Below, one piece after another: positions 14,870-27,350 of a stretch of DNA of 64,000 bases. A program made the position numbers and the translations under genes. The notes under the pieces were generated by a model that saw only the letters and a program-made list of their open reading frames with translations, searched no databases and had not been told where the DNA came from. Source of the stretch: the human T2T-CHM13v2.0 reference genome, Homo sapiens; assembly GCF_009914755.1 (NCBI RefSeq), contig NC_060938.1; one strand, given 5' to 3'. Each line of letters opens with the position of its first letter. The first letter of the stretch is position 1.

Positions 14870-14965
14870 AAGCGAACTAATATTTCTAAGTCTCAGTTTC
14901 CTCATGTGAGAAATGGGAATGAAACTGTATATACTTCATGGAGTCATTGTGAAGATTAAATGCTA
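14870..14965 (+). mobile_element. MIR SINE fragment
   Basis: tctaagtctcagtttcctcatgtgagaaatggg...ttgtgaagattaaatg. Confidence 0.75.
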
Positions 14966-15174
14966 TAAACAATTTTTTTTTTGGAAAAAGGTCAACTAGT
15001 TAATATTTTCTACTATGTGAGCTGTATAGCCTCAGCCACAGTGACTCAATGCTGCTGTTGTAGCATGAAAGCAGCTACAGACAACATGCAAAGAAATGGA
15101 GGTGGCCATGTTTTACTTACAGAAACAAATGACAGAGCAGATGTACACTGCAAGCCATAGTTTGCCGATCCCTG
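14966..15174 (+). mobile_element. MER58A (hAT-Charlie MITE)
   Basis: gttgtagcatgaaagcagctacagacaac...gccatagtttgccgatccctg terminus. Confidence 0.85.
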
Positions 15175-15569
15175 CTAACATGCATGAAAGATGATTACTA
15201 TAGGGCTTCAAACATGGTACAACACCATGTTGTATTCATGTTATTACTATTGTTGGATCTTAACTTTATAAATTTCTTTAGTTTCAATAATAATAATTAG
15301 GAATAATTTAAAGTTCATTCTTTCTTCAACAAATATTTAAAGAGCACCTCTCCTATTTCAGTCACTATGCTAGGCTATTTACATAATACTGTATGTCCTC
15401 TGGAGTGGTATATTGAGTGTAGTCCACAAAAGTGGGACTCCCAGATGAGAGAGGAGAGTGGAGAAGGATAGGAAATAAATTTGAAGGGACAGAAGGATGA
15501 CAATGGCAGACATACATTATTAATTAAAATTAAGATTAATATTTAACATTTTATTTGAATAATAGGATG

Positions 15570-15670
15570 CTCATTTTCTAAAGCAGAAACTGAGGCCAAA
15601 AGAAGTTAAGTGCTGTACAGAAAGTCACACAACTAGCAAGTACAAAAACTATTATTTAAACCAAGGGCTA
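15570..15670 (-). mobile_element. MIR SINE fragment
   Basis: cattttctaaagcagaaactgaggccaaaagaagttaagtg...gtcacacaactagcaag. Confidence 0.7.
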
Positions 15671-16369
15671 TCAGAAAATAGAGTGCATATCCTTTTTCTT
15701 CCGCCATTAGGCCAAGATCTCAGAAATGAACTCAAGAATCTCGGTACTGCATATAATTCTGACTAAGAGGATTAAACTAGAGAAATCACTAGAATTATCT
15801 GAGAACCATTGAGGAGGCAGAAAAAGATAGAACCAGTTAACTAAACGTCTCAGAAAGTCTGAGTCTGTACGTCCACTTCCTAAAATGATCCCAAATTACT
15901 TGAACTGCCAGAAATTTTATTTTTTTAATTGTTAAAAATTTTCAACAACCTGGGAAACTAAGTATAAAAATAGTTTTAAAATGTACAAATAGTATGATAA
16001 ATTTTAAAATACTTTTTCAAAACATGGATGAGAGAAACAATTGAAAGAGAGAGGGAATGAAGCAGCAAGATTACAAAACAAGTAGAGAACATCCAAGCAG
16101 ACAGTTTCACTGAGGGGAATCTTCCCAATCTGGCTTAGCACCTGAGACTCAATTGGCCCCAAGAGCATCAAAACCAGGAGATAAAGCTTGGAGCTACTGT
16201 AACTACAAAAAGCATATAAATAAAGTCTATAACTTCAAAATTAGTAAAGGTAAAAAACGTATTAAGGTAAATAAAATCAAAACACCATTAAAATAGAAGA
16301 AATTAAGAAAGTAACAAAAAAGAAAAAAATGTATTGTAGACCACACAGAACAAATAAACACAAATTAAG

Positions 16370-16690
16370 ACAATGGTACCTATTCTTTTCATGTACTCAT
16401 GGAACATTTATTAAATTGGCCACAATCAGGACACTGACGTGCAATGAAATACTTTAAAAGTTAATAATAACAATATGACTAAAAATACTCAATGCATTTA
16501 TAAATACATATTTTTTAAAACTCACAATTCTAAGTAATCTATAGGTTAAATAAGAAATTATAATTTAAATTAGAAAATACAGAGAATAAAATCTAATGAA
16601 ATTATACCTAATAAAACCTGAGATACAACAGTAGTGGAGCTTAGAAGTAAAAGTATATAAATTGTAATTGGAATTATAAACACATATATT
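16370..16690 (+). mobile_element. Old L1M(E) ORF2 5' region fragment
   Basis: ttcttttcatgtactcatggaacattt (FFS.THGTF-like) and aagaaattataatttaaattagaaaatac (KEEI...IRKY-like). Confidence 0.6.
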
Positions 16691-17019
16691 CAAACTATCA
16701 ATACATCTGGGTCTCTTTTTTCCCCAAAAAAAGAATGTTCTAAACTTATATTAGGGAAGTATAAGGCTGACTGCCCAATTACCAGTGTTTTGGGGACAAA
16801 AGGGAAAAGGCAGGTAGAAATTTGTTCACTCTATTTGACTTCCACTTAACTCCGTGTTTTGAGTTGGGTATCCCCACCCCTACCCCCCAGCCAGCCAATC
16901 ACATACACACATGCATCTGTTTTTACTGTCCACATTCTGGTCTGTTATCTAGGTTCATTTATAATACACACATAAATAAATTCATCCATATATATCTCCT
17001 CATGTATATGTCTATGTGT

Positions 17020-18110
17020 ATTGCTAGGCCTATGAGAAGAATTTCTGGATCGTAGAACATTGTCATATTCACACTTTAGTAGGTAATGCCAACTTATTTT
17101 CCCAAGTGGTTAGACAAATTTATACTTCAACTGGCACTATGTGAATGTTACTAGCAATTTGCATCTTCACCAATACTTAGTAGCAACAGAAGACACATGC
17201 ATATACACACACATTTAATTTTTGCCAATTGGAAGGATATGAGATTGAATTTCATTGTAGTTTCAATTTGCATTTCTCTAAATTCTAATAGCATTATGAA
17301 TATTTTCATATGTTTACTGACCTTTTGTTTTTCCTCTTCTATTAAATATTTATTGCAGTCTTCTTTTTGGTTTATTATTTATTGGTTCATAGGAGTTCTT
17401 TATACATTTGAGATGCTAGTCTTTTATCTGCTACATGTGTTGCAACAGTTTTTCCTAGCTGTGGCTTATCTTTCTTCTTATGAAATGTGTATCTTTTGAT
17501 AAACAGATGTTCATAAATTTAATTTCATTGATTTTGCCAATTTATCTCCCTTAATGATTTATGACTTTTAATCATACTTTAAAAATCACGCTGTGCCTTA
17601 AGATCATTGAAGCCAGTCTATATTTTATTTAAAGGTTTTATAATTTTACGGTGTTAATGTCTAGATGTAAGACCGTAATCTATCCAGAATTTATGATTTT
17701 GTACAAGTCAACCATATCATATTTCAGGTTTCTATTTGTATGAAACTGAGTTCTCTATTCTTTTCCTTCTATGTATTTGTTTCTCTCTGTGCCATATCAC
17801 ACTATTATTGGTATATTTATATTGTCTCAATATCTTATAAAGCAAATCCTCTGCTGGATTTTTCTTCAGTGCTGATTTGGGGATTCTTAAGTTGTCCTTT
17901 TGAAAAAAAAAAAGGTTCTGCTTGTTCACATAAAGAAATGTGCAGAAATCCTAAGTGTAGAACTGTATGCAAAATAAATATGCTAGTATAACTGGCACCC
18001 AAATCAAGAAATAGAACACTCCTAGCATCCCAGAATTCCCAGTCATCATGCCAATATGCAGCTGCTTTCCTGGCTTTTTTTGCTTCAGTTTACTCTTGCC
18101 TGTTTTTAAA
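17020..18110 (-). mobile_element. Old L1ME ORF2 3' region plus nested L1ME3-type 3' end
   Basis: Antisense ORF2 motifs (ttcattgtagtttcaatttgcatttctct) at 17020-17900, and cacccaaatcaagaaatagaacac...ttgcctgtttttaaacttta at 17925-18110. Confidence 0.7.
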
Positions 18111-18111
18111 C

Positions 18112-18179
18112 TTTACATACTTTTACTTCTAAGCTCTACTATTGCTGTATCTCAGGTTTTATGAGGTAGAATTTCATTA
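18112..18179 (-). repeat. 68-bp inverted duplicate of 16594-16661
   Basis: The reverse complement aligns without gaps to 16594-16661 with 6 mismatches (62/68). Confidence 0.92.
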
Positions 18180-18219
18180 CTTATGTTGTTTGCCGTGTTT
18201 TCAGAGTTCTCCTTTAAAA

Positions 18220-18800
18220 TAGAAATTTAACCAAGCCACTGCTCTTTCAAACTCCCTTGATGGGCTCTTGCTTTACCTACAGTAAAACCCAAAGGGTTTT
18301 ACAGAAGTCTACATGGGCCCCTAATATGCCTGGGCCCTGTCAGCCTCTCCTATGTCACCTTCTGCCATCATTGCCTTTGCTCTCTTTGCTTTCTTGGTGT
18401 TTCTCAAACACACCATTCAGACTTCACTCTGGAGATGAGGATCTTGCTATTCCTGCTGCCTAAGAACGTTCTTCCACCGGGTACCCACACAGCTTGTGGC
18501 TTCGTTTTATTGTGCTCTCTGCTCTCACTTTATCTCTTCTGGGAAGTCTTCCCTACCTGTATGTAGTTCATAGTTAGCATCCATTTTCACCTGCTGTCTC
18601 TCTCATTCATTCTTCATTATTTAAAAAATTAAAACAAAAGTTAAATAGCCATGGTGAGACAAACTTTGTTTAGGCATTGAGAATATAACATATACAATCA
18701 GACCTAAAGGTGAAGGACATGTCAGATGTCAGTTCTGGGATTCAATAGTGACAACAGGAAAACTCCTCCTATAGGTTTATATCTAATGGAAAAGCAACAT
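18220..18800. mobile_element. L2 fragments
   Basis: L2-like aaacccaaagggttttacagaagtctacatgggccc...ttgctattcctgctgcctaagaacgttcttcc (plus), then an opposite-strand L2 end. Confidence 0.6.
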
Positions 18801-19745
18801 AAAAGAGATACATACAAGAGGAAAAAGGGCATGAGAATATGTAAAAAGCAAAGTCACCAGAATGTCTCTGCCGTGGCTTGAATCACACTATGCCTGTAAT
18901 ACTTGACCAGTGAGTGATTTAAGGAAGTTCATGCTTACTCCCACAACCCATAAAATGTGTTTGATTAGGTGGCTATCATTGTTGTTTTAATTCTAAACCT
19001 GACAAGTAAGATCCCATTTCACTTTTCACAATTGCCAAATTGCTCTCCTAAGATATCTTTTGCAACTATTAAATTAAGCAGTCTTCCATTAGTAAAACTG
19101 ATTCTCAAGCATAGTTACTCAACAGGGAAGAGGACAGGAAACAGGAAGAAACTTAGCATCATTTTCATTTCCAAGGACAGGTGATCAAAAGTCAATACAA
19201 CTGAGCTTTTTTTCCCTGCAAACCCTTAAGAAAAAATTAAAAAAGCAAAACAACCTAAGGTTAAATTAAATGCTTCTCTTTTTTGTCTTTTAGAAGTGTA
19301 TCTTGCATCTACCAGAAAAAAATACCTCAGAACTAAATAATATAATTTAACTAATATGTTTATTTATTTTGTAGAGCAAAAACATATATGAACTATCTAA
19401 AAATAAATTCCAAAATAAAGCAAAAGGTAAAAATTGAAAAATCAAAGAAATGTTATATACACACAGTAAAATCAACACAAATTTCATCTGTTATTGCACA
19501 GAAATATAAAAGGATTCATGATTTTTCTCATAATCTGTCTTTTAAAAATATTTATGTATTTGTCTAATCTTTGTTAAGCATGTACAATGCAATTACTCCA
19601 TCACATGTAGATATAATTATTAAGCAGCTTTAAATTAATGCTTATATTTCAAGGTTTCTATTTTCCTCAAAATATGTGTTCATTTTTGGTATTTCTTAAC
19701 AAATGAATTTGAGGGTGGGTAAGTCTAACAAGACTGGGAGTGGTG

Positions 19746-20115
19746 TGATATGGTTTGGATTTGTGTCCCTATGCAAATCTCATGTGAAATTGGAGGAGGG
19801 GCCTGGTGGGAGGTGATTAGATCATGGGGGCAGATTTCCTCTTTCCTGTTCTCGTGATAGTGAGTGAGTTCTCATGAGATTTGATGGTTTAAAAGTGTGT
19901 GGCACGTGCTCCTTCGCGCTCTGTCTCCTGCTGCCATGTAAACAAGGTGACTACTTCCCTTTCGCCTTCCACCAAGATTATAAGTTTCCTGAGGCCTTCC
20001 AGTCATGTTTGCTGTTAAGCCTGAAGAACAGTGAGTCATCAATTAAATCTCTTTTCTTCATAAATTACCCAATCTCAGATAGTTCTTTATAGCAGTGTGA
20101 AAATGGTCTAATACA
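19746..20115 (+). mobile_element. MSTA-like MaLR solo LTR
   Basis: tgatatggtttggatttgtgtcc...ggaggaggggcctggtgggaggtgat...ggtctaataca. Confidence 0.9.
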
Positions 20116-22019
20116 AGATGGTTCTCTTACAATGCACAGAAACCAACAGAGAGTCAAGGAAAATGAAGAAACAAGGGGATATGTTCCAAATAAAAGAACA
20201 AAATAAATATCCACAAGCCAGCTGTAATGAAATCTAGATAACAAGCAAAAGTGTGCTTTTTTGGTTTTGTTTGTTTGAGTTTTACATAACTTATTTAAAT
20301 TTGGTTAATCAGGTTAGCTCTTGCTTTTTTTAGTAAAATATTTTATCATATACGAAAATTGTGACTTACACAATTATTTATTTGACAGAGATAAATTTAG
20401 CCTAAGAAGTATATATACACATCTCCAAAGCAGTCTTCCACATTAACATGCAAACCAGACAATGCCACATTTCTACTCACTATTCCTCCTTCTAGATTTG
20501 TGCAAAGAGCTTGTTCTCGTAAGAACCATGTTATATGGAGATGTTATTAGGAACTAAAGCCACTTAGCATTTCTACGTGAATGATACACCAAACCCTCCA
20601 AGGTGTTATTCTCAGTCTTCTAAGGAAGGGTGAATGTTAAAGAAGATAAATGATGGTATATAGACAATAAAATCGTGTCCATTGTCTTCTACCTTTATGA
20701 TATGTGAAAAAGTTCCAGCAGTTTTTCAGCTTCCTAGACTCAACTTCTCATATGCGTCCATTCAGAGATAAATATATGGGTGTCATGATGATGAAGTATG
20801 GAGTGGAACAAAAACCAAAGATGTTAATTGCCTAACTAGATTTTGATTATCCTTTCTGTTCAAGAGAGAGCACTTCATTTCATTATACTTCAGGCAAAGT
20901 GCAATGATTTAAAAGCTTTTGCTTTTCATTAATTGACAGATATTAGAAAAGAGAGTGTGCATTTAATAGTATCATTATATTCTCTCTGTTGTATATCTAA
21001 GATGTAATCATGGAAAATTTGAAACTAATAACACACTCAAAGTCTTAAAATAACTTGTAATGACAGACAATACTTTCCATTCCTGAATGAGTATAAATGA
21101 GGAATACATGCATACACGATGTGCTTTATAATCTCATGCTGTTTCCCTAATCTATCATTAACTCCAATAGCCTTAAGTAAAAGTAAGTCATGATGCTTTT
21201 TATGTTGGCATAAAAAGCTTCTCATCCAAATGAAGCATCCCTCCCTCAGATTTAACTATCAGACGAGGGTGCGGTAACTTCTAAATGATGAAAACTGTTA
21301 GTGTTTACAACAGTTAAGAACCAAAATCAATAGACACATATTAAGTTGCAACAAATGACTAAGGTAAATTACAATTGTTGCCATATGCTGTGGACTTGGC
21401 TTATGCTTAGAGTAAGTACTTAATTGGATCAATAAGAAAAGCTAAAGAATTACAGGTAAATTTGATACATAATTAGTTTTTATCTCGCTTTAATACTCTA
21501 TAGTAAAAAAAGCAAACTAATTATTTAAAATAGTAAGCAAACCAAAAGTTGGGAGGAAATATCTCTTGTATAGATGTTTGATAAATGTTTTTAAATTTCC
21601 ATGCCAGAATAAGTTATTAGCATGCTCTACTCATGACCAAGTGATTGAGTTCTGATCTATACATAAAAGCTTAATTGAAAGGTAGGGAGAAAGGCATTGG
21701 TGTACAATTCTAGAATCTCCTAGCAAGGCAATTTACATACAAATCATTTGCAGTAAAAGAGATAGTGTTTTGTAGTAAATGAATTCATTTCTTCAACAAA
21801 ATTAGATCTTAGACTGCACAAAGCCATTTTAACATAATAATATTTAACTTTTCAGTCTTCTATACCGATTAACATTACTCTTTTGATACTTCATGGTTAT
21901 ATAAATCAAAGAATTAAAGAGAAAGGAGAAAAAAAAATCTCCAGTATTTTACCTGCTTTCCTAGAGCCAGGAGTATTCTCTGGCATTCATCATTCCCTAC
22001 AGTGAGATTCATTAACATA

Positions 22020-22275
22020 GAAACATGTAATTACTCACAAATGATTGTTAACATATTTTAACCACATATGTGCTGGCATGATGCTAAACGCTACAAAAAT
22101 ATCTCATTTATCACATTAGTCTTTTGAGACAAATAAAATTATCATTCCCACTTTCTAAGTGAGAAAAGTGAGGATTACAGCAATAAAGTAACTTGCCTAA
22201 GGTAAAACAGTGTATCAATTGTACTGCAACACTCAAGCTCATCTGATTCAAAAGCATGCCCTTAACTGCTAAGCA
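22020..22275 (-). mobile_element. MIR SINE
   Basis: atcattcccactttctaagtgagaaaagtgagg...aagtaacttgcctaaggt. Confidence 0.65.
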
Positions 22276-23324
22276 AGGGTGATCATATCACATTGGATTT
22301 CTGGTGTTCCACTTTGGAAACTAGAAATCAGGTATTTTCAAAATTTGTTTTAATCAATGCATATCACATAGTTCTCATAGTCATTGACATGTATTTTTGG
22401 CTTATATTTGTCTCATATATTAGAATAAAAACTGCTTCTGCTCAGGAAGCATATTACTTGTATTTTTACTGACCTCCTTCTTCTACTACCCCTTGTGTTT
22501 AGTACATGAAACATAAACTATGTCCAGTGGAAGTTTGCATATAAATTTCCAAACTTTTCAATGATGTATTGATAAGCAATAGTATCAGATGCAGCAATGA
22601 TTAATGTTAGCCTAAATTAATAACAATATCTCATTTTCCAGAACAGACCATGTACACATGTTTTAATTCTGGACTTCTCAATAGTCTTAAAAACATTCCC
22701 TACTTTGGGATGAACATTAATTAATTAATTTTTCTTCCCTGATAATGTGACACTCAAACAAGAAAGCAGTAAGTAGTTATATTATAGTAAATAATGAATT
22801 GATCTTCTAAAGTTAAAAACAAAGTGTTCTCAAAATTGGGGATTGCTCATTATATACACAGGATTGAACCTTTTCTCTCCCTTTACAGTCAGAGAATTTA
22901 AGAATGAAAACATATTGAAATCTTTGAAATTGTCTAGTCAACTCTAGCTTATAAATGTGAAGAAATTATGACACAGAGAGGTGAATAGCTTTCACAATGC
23001 CATATGTTATTAAATTAAGACAGTACTACATATTGTTAAATTAGGTTAAAATTGGATCCAGGACTTCAAACTAGGGTCAACTTTTCAAAGAAATCATACC
23101 TTCTACTTGAGAAGAAATATTATAGCAGAAAATGAACAATTACTTCACAAATGCTCATTTGGATGCTTAACCTGCAAAAAATCTTAGCATTTTTTTACTA
23201 TTCTAGGAGTAGAAATGTTTCCTTTTTGGCCTTAATTAATAGCAAAGGGCTCTGGAATGAGGATATTTGGTATACAATTCCACATTCTTAGGTACACACT
23301 TGTAGATGGATCGATAGAAGAATG

Positions 23325-24115
23325 AGGACGTGGAGCAATAGGAAATCTCATTCATTGCTGTTAAGCATTAAAAAAGGTATAGCAAACTTGGATGATAATT
23401 TGGCAATTTCTTCCAAAACTGATCCAGCAGTTGCACTCTTTGGTATTTACCCAAAGAACTTGAAATTTTATGTCCTTATAAAAACCTGCACATAAATATC
23501 AGCTTTATTTATAATTGCCAAAACATGGAAGCACCAAGATATCCTTCAGTAGCTGAATGGATAAATAAACTGTGGCACATCCAGACAATGGGGTATTATT
23601 CAGTGCTAAAAAGAAATAAGCTAAAAAATCATGGAAAGTCATGGAAGAAACTTAAATGTATATTACTAAACGATAGATGATAGAAGTCAATTTAAAAAGG
23701 CTACATACTATATGATTCCAACTATATGACAGTCTAGAAAAGGTAAAACTATGGAGATAGTAAAAGGATTCGTGATTTCCAGAGGATAAGTGGAGAGAAG
23801 GAAAAATTAGCAGAGCACAGAGGATTTTTAAGGTGATGAATCTATTTTGTGTGACTTTAACAGTAAATACATGTCACTATGCAGTTGCTAAAACTTATAG
23901 AATATACAACCCCAAAAATGAACCCTAAGTAAACTGCAGACTTTGGATAATAATGATGTCTCAATGTAGGTTTGTTGATTCTAACAAACGTTCCACTCTG
24001 AAGTGGGATGTTGATAGCGGAAATCCAAGCACGTGCAGAAACATGGGATTAATTGGAAATCTCTAACTTCCTCTCAATGTGGCTGTAAACATAAAACTAC
24101 TCTAAAAATAGTCTA
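23325..24115 (+). mobile_element. L1MC1-type LINE-1 3' part
   Basis: gaggacgtggagcaataggaaatctcattcattgctg through gaaccctaag...ggaaatctct...aaaactactctaaaaa. Confidence 0.85.
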
Positions 24116-24893
24116 TTTTTTTTTAAATTATACTTTTTGGTCTTTTTTCTTGCTTTTTCTTTTTTCTTAGGGTAGTAATTTCTTTTGTTTCCTAACTTTT
24201 ATTTTTCTTTCCTATTCATGCTTCTTGCCCAAAACTCCTCATGCTAATCTTATCACTTCCCTGCTCTGGCTCCAAGACAGATGACTACTTTTCTGTTAAA
24301 CACTTTCTCCTAAAGAACTTACTTTAAAATATATGGTTACTTGGCAAACTAGCAAAAGTTATAGGTTCACAACATTTCAAAATATAACAGTATCTCAGTC
24401 ATAAAATTGCATTTCAAGCTTAAAAACTTAGCTTGTATACAAAATAGTAAAGATGAAAGCACTTTTGTTTTCTTCTTAACAGAGATGTCTTCAGCAAGGA
24501 TAACCATGCACGTTCTCCCCCTATTTTGTTATCAACTCATTTTAGAGCCATTAACCTTCCCTAAAATACTGAAGAGCCTCCTGCCTGTTTCTCCAGGGCC
24601 TCCTGCATGAGGGGACAGGTGGGTTTTTCTGGCTGGTGGGAAGGGGAAAGGCTGCCATCTATTGGTCAGTGTTTTCGGACTGAACAAGACCTAAGGTACT
24701 GAGTTAGTTTACACATGTTCTTCCCTGTGCTCTCTGCTCCTTCCCAGTGGCTGGTAAGGGAGGTCCTAGTCCTTCATACCTCTCCTCAAGCTCTCGCCAA
24801 GTGTGGATCCCAAAGTTCATGAGGAAAAAAAGTAAGGAGCTCTGTTCCAAGTTGTGTTCTAGAAATTAGGGTTAGTAGTTGTGAAGCCTATAT

Positions 24894-25294
<401 letters not shown>

Positions 25295-27144
25295 GTGAAG
25301 CCTATATTTTTACTCCTGTTCCCTATGTCTAGTTCTCAGTTGGTTCACAGCACAGAAAAAAGAATATGCATCATTAGCATGCACTCAAGCCCCAAAAACA
25401 TCAAGGGCATTTTCTATTGCTTTTTAAAAGTCAATACAAAATTTTACAGGGTATCTACATGTGCCACCCATACCAAATTTTACACATCTTACCTAAGTGG
25501 AAAGAGCAAGGAAAAGTCTGATTTTCAAATTTATAAAACTCTCATTGCTTTCAACATTCCTACACTGTTGCTAGGACTGGCTTCATCTCCAAAGCCATTA
25601 TTGCATTCCAAAATGTTAACATCGCATATTTAATTGGAAGGAAGAGCAAGCTGACTTAATGCAAGCTTGGCTGGAAGTGACAATCTTAGGTGAGGAGGAT
25701 CTAGAGAAGAAGCACAGAATAAAAAGGGGACCCTAGAGGAGCTGCTTACTGCATATGCAGTAACTTTTTCCCTGAACTGCTTACTAAAACTAAGTAATAT
25801 AAAAGTATAAAAATGTCATAGAGGTAACTTATCCCTTCTGTCATCTTCAAATACATGACAAAAAAAAAGCTCAATGTCAAGAGTACAACAGTTGAATCTG
25901 TATAAAATTAGAAAGTAAAATAATATATATATTTTGACACAATTGTTCATAGTCCCTTATGTAAGCATGAGGCTTATGAATGAAAATATCACAAGCGCTC
26001 TTTAGAACAAGGTGTGATCACAACAAGTGGTCATCTAACTTGAGGGATAAAGTGTTGTTAATGTCTGGCCTTCCTGGATACTTAATTGAACCAAAATAAT
26101 TTGTGGAGGGAGGCTTATCATTATAGTAAATGAGATGGAGGGGAGCAAGTGAAGCAGAGTTCAAGACAGCAGGAAATAAAAGACATAGAGAACTATCGGA
26201 CCAGAAAGGGGAATTGAAACAGACCTGATGTAGCACTAATCATTAGTGAGTGAAGTAATGAACTAGGAAGAGATGGGTTTTAGTTATGGCCCACCAAATG
26301 GAAATGAGAAATTTCCAGATGTTCCATATGGTCTGTAATTTAAATGCTTTGTGCCTTCAGGTCAGAATTTTCAAGCAGATAACAGATGTAGAAAAGACTC
26401 AGGATTTCATGCACACACCATGATGGTTAGCTTTCAAAAATCTCAGGGCTTGCATGTAAACTCCTCAAGTAAGAAGTTGGGGCTTAAAATAAAGCCTGTC
26501 AGACCCTAGGCAGAATTCCATCTGAGAAAAAGAGTTGCAGGTTAATAATAGCTTTCTTTTTACATCCCAATTCAAATGGTACAAAACAGTGTTAGGGATT
26601 TTAACACGATGGCACCAATTCAAGAGCTATAGGGTTCAAAAGAACATTTCTTGCCAAATGGCCTTTTTGCTAAAGAAAATAATTTGAATGAAAGACCTTG
26701 ATATTGGGAGATTAATTCTGCATACAACTGAACACAATGCCCAAAACATCAAAATGTCAATTTTATCTTAAAGGAAACAGAAATTTTCCCTATAGTTACA
26801 AGTAAATTTTCATCATTTTTTAAAACTCAAAACTAGTGGAATTATTACATTTTTAGAAGCAAAATTTAAGTCACTGAATAAATCTTTGTTAGGTCCTATG
26901 TTGTATACCAACAGGATTTAGAAATAAGCCTCTCTCCCACCTAGCATAAAATCAAGTAAAGGAGATAACAAATACACCTAAATAAATAATCAAAAATTCT
27001 AGAGTGGCTTGAAATCTACATACTACTAAGTAAATATGGAGATGCTGAGAGTAGAACAATATTTATATATGATCAGAGGAATAAAGGAAGTGTCACAGAA
27101 AAAATAATATTCCAACTGAGCCATATGAGTGTATGTGATAAAAG

Positions 27145-27350
27145 GCCATGTAGTATTTCAAAGCACACGTTTGAGTCCAAGCTCTGCTCTACACTTACCT
27201 TGTGACATGAACCAAGTTACTATATCTCTCTAAGCCTCAAGTTCTGAATCTGTACAATGGGAATATAGATTTCCTGAATTGTAGGGTTCTTGCTAGGATA
27301 AAAAGAGATAATACATTTAAAAATGCTTCCCTAGTATGTAGGACTCAGCA
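27145..27350 (+). mobile_element. MIR SINE
   Basis: tttgagtccaagctctgctctacacttaccttgtgacatgaaccaagttac...ctctaagcctc. Confidence 0.7.

Noticed and set aside
4180-24115. Two L1MC copies (4180-5600 and 23325-24115) as a local duplication
   Set aside because: They differ extensively, as expected for independent ancient insertions.
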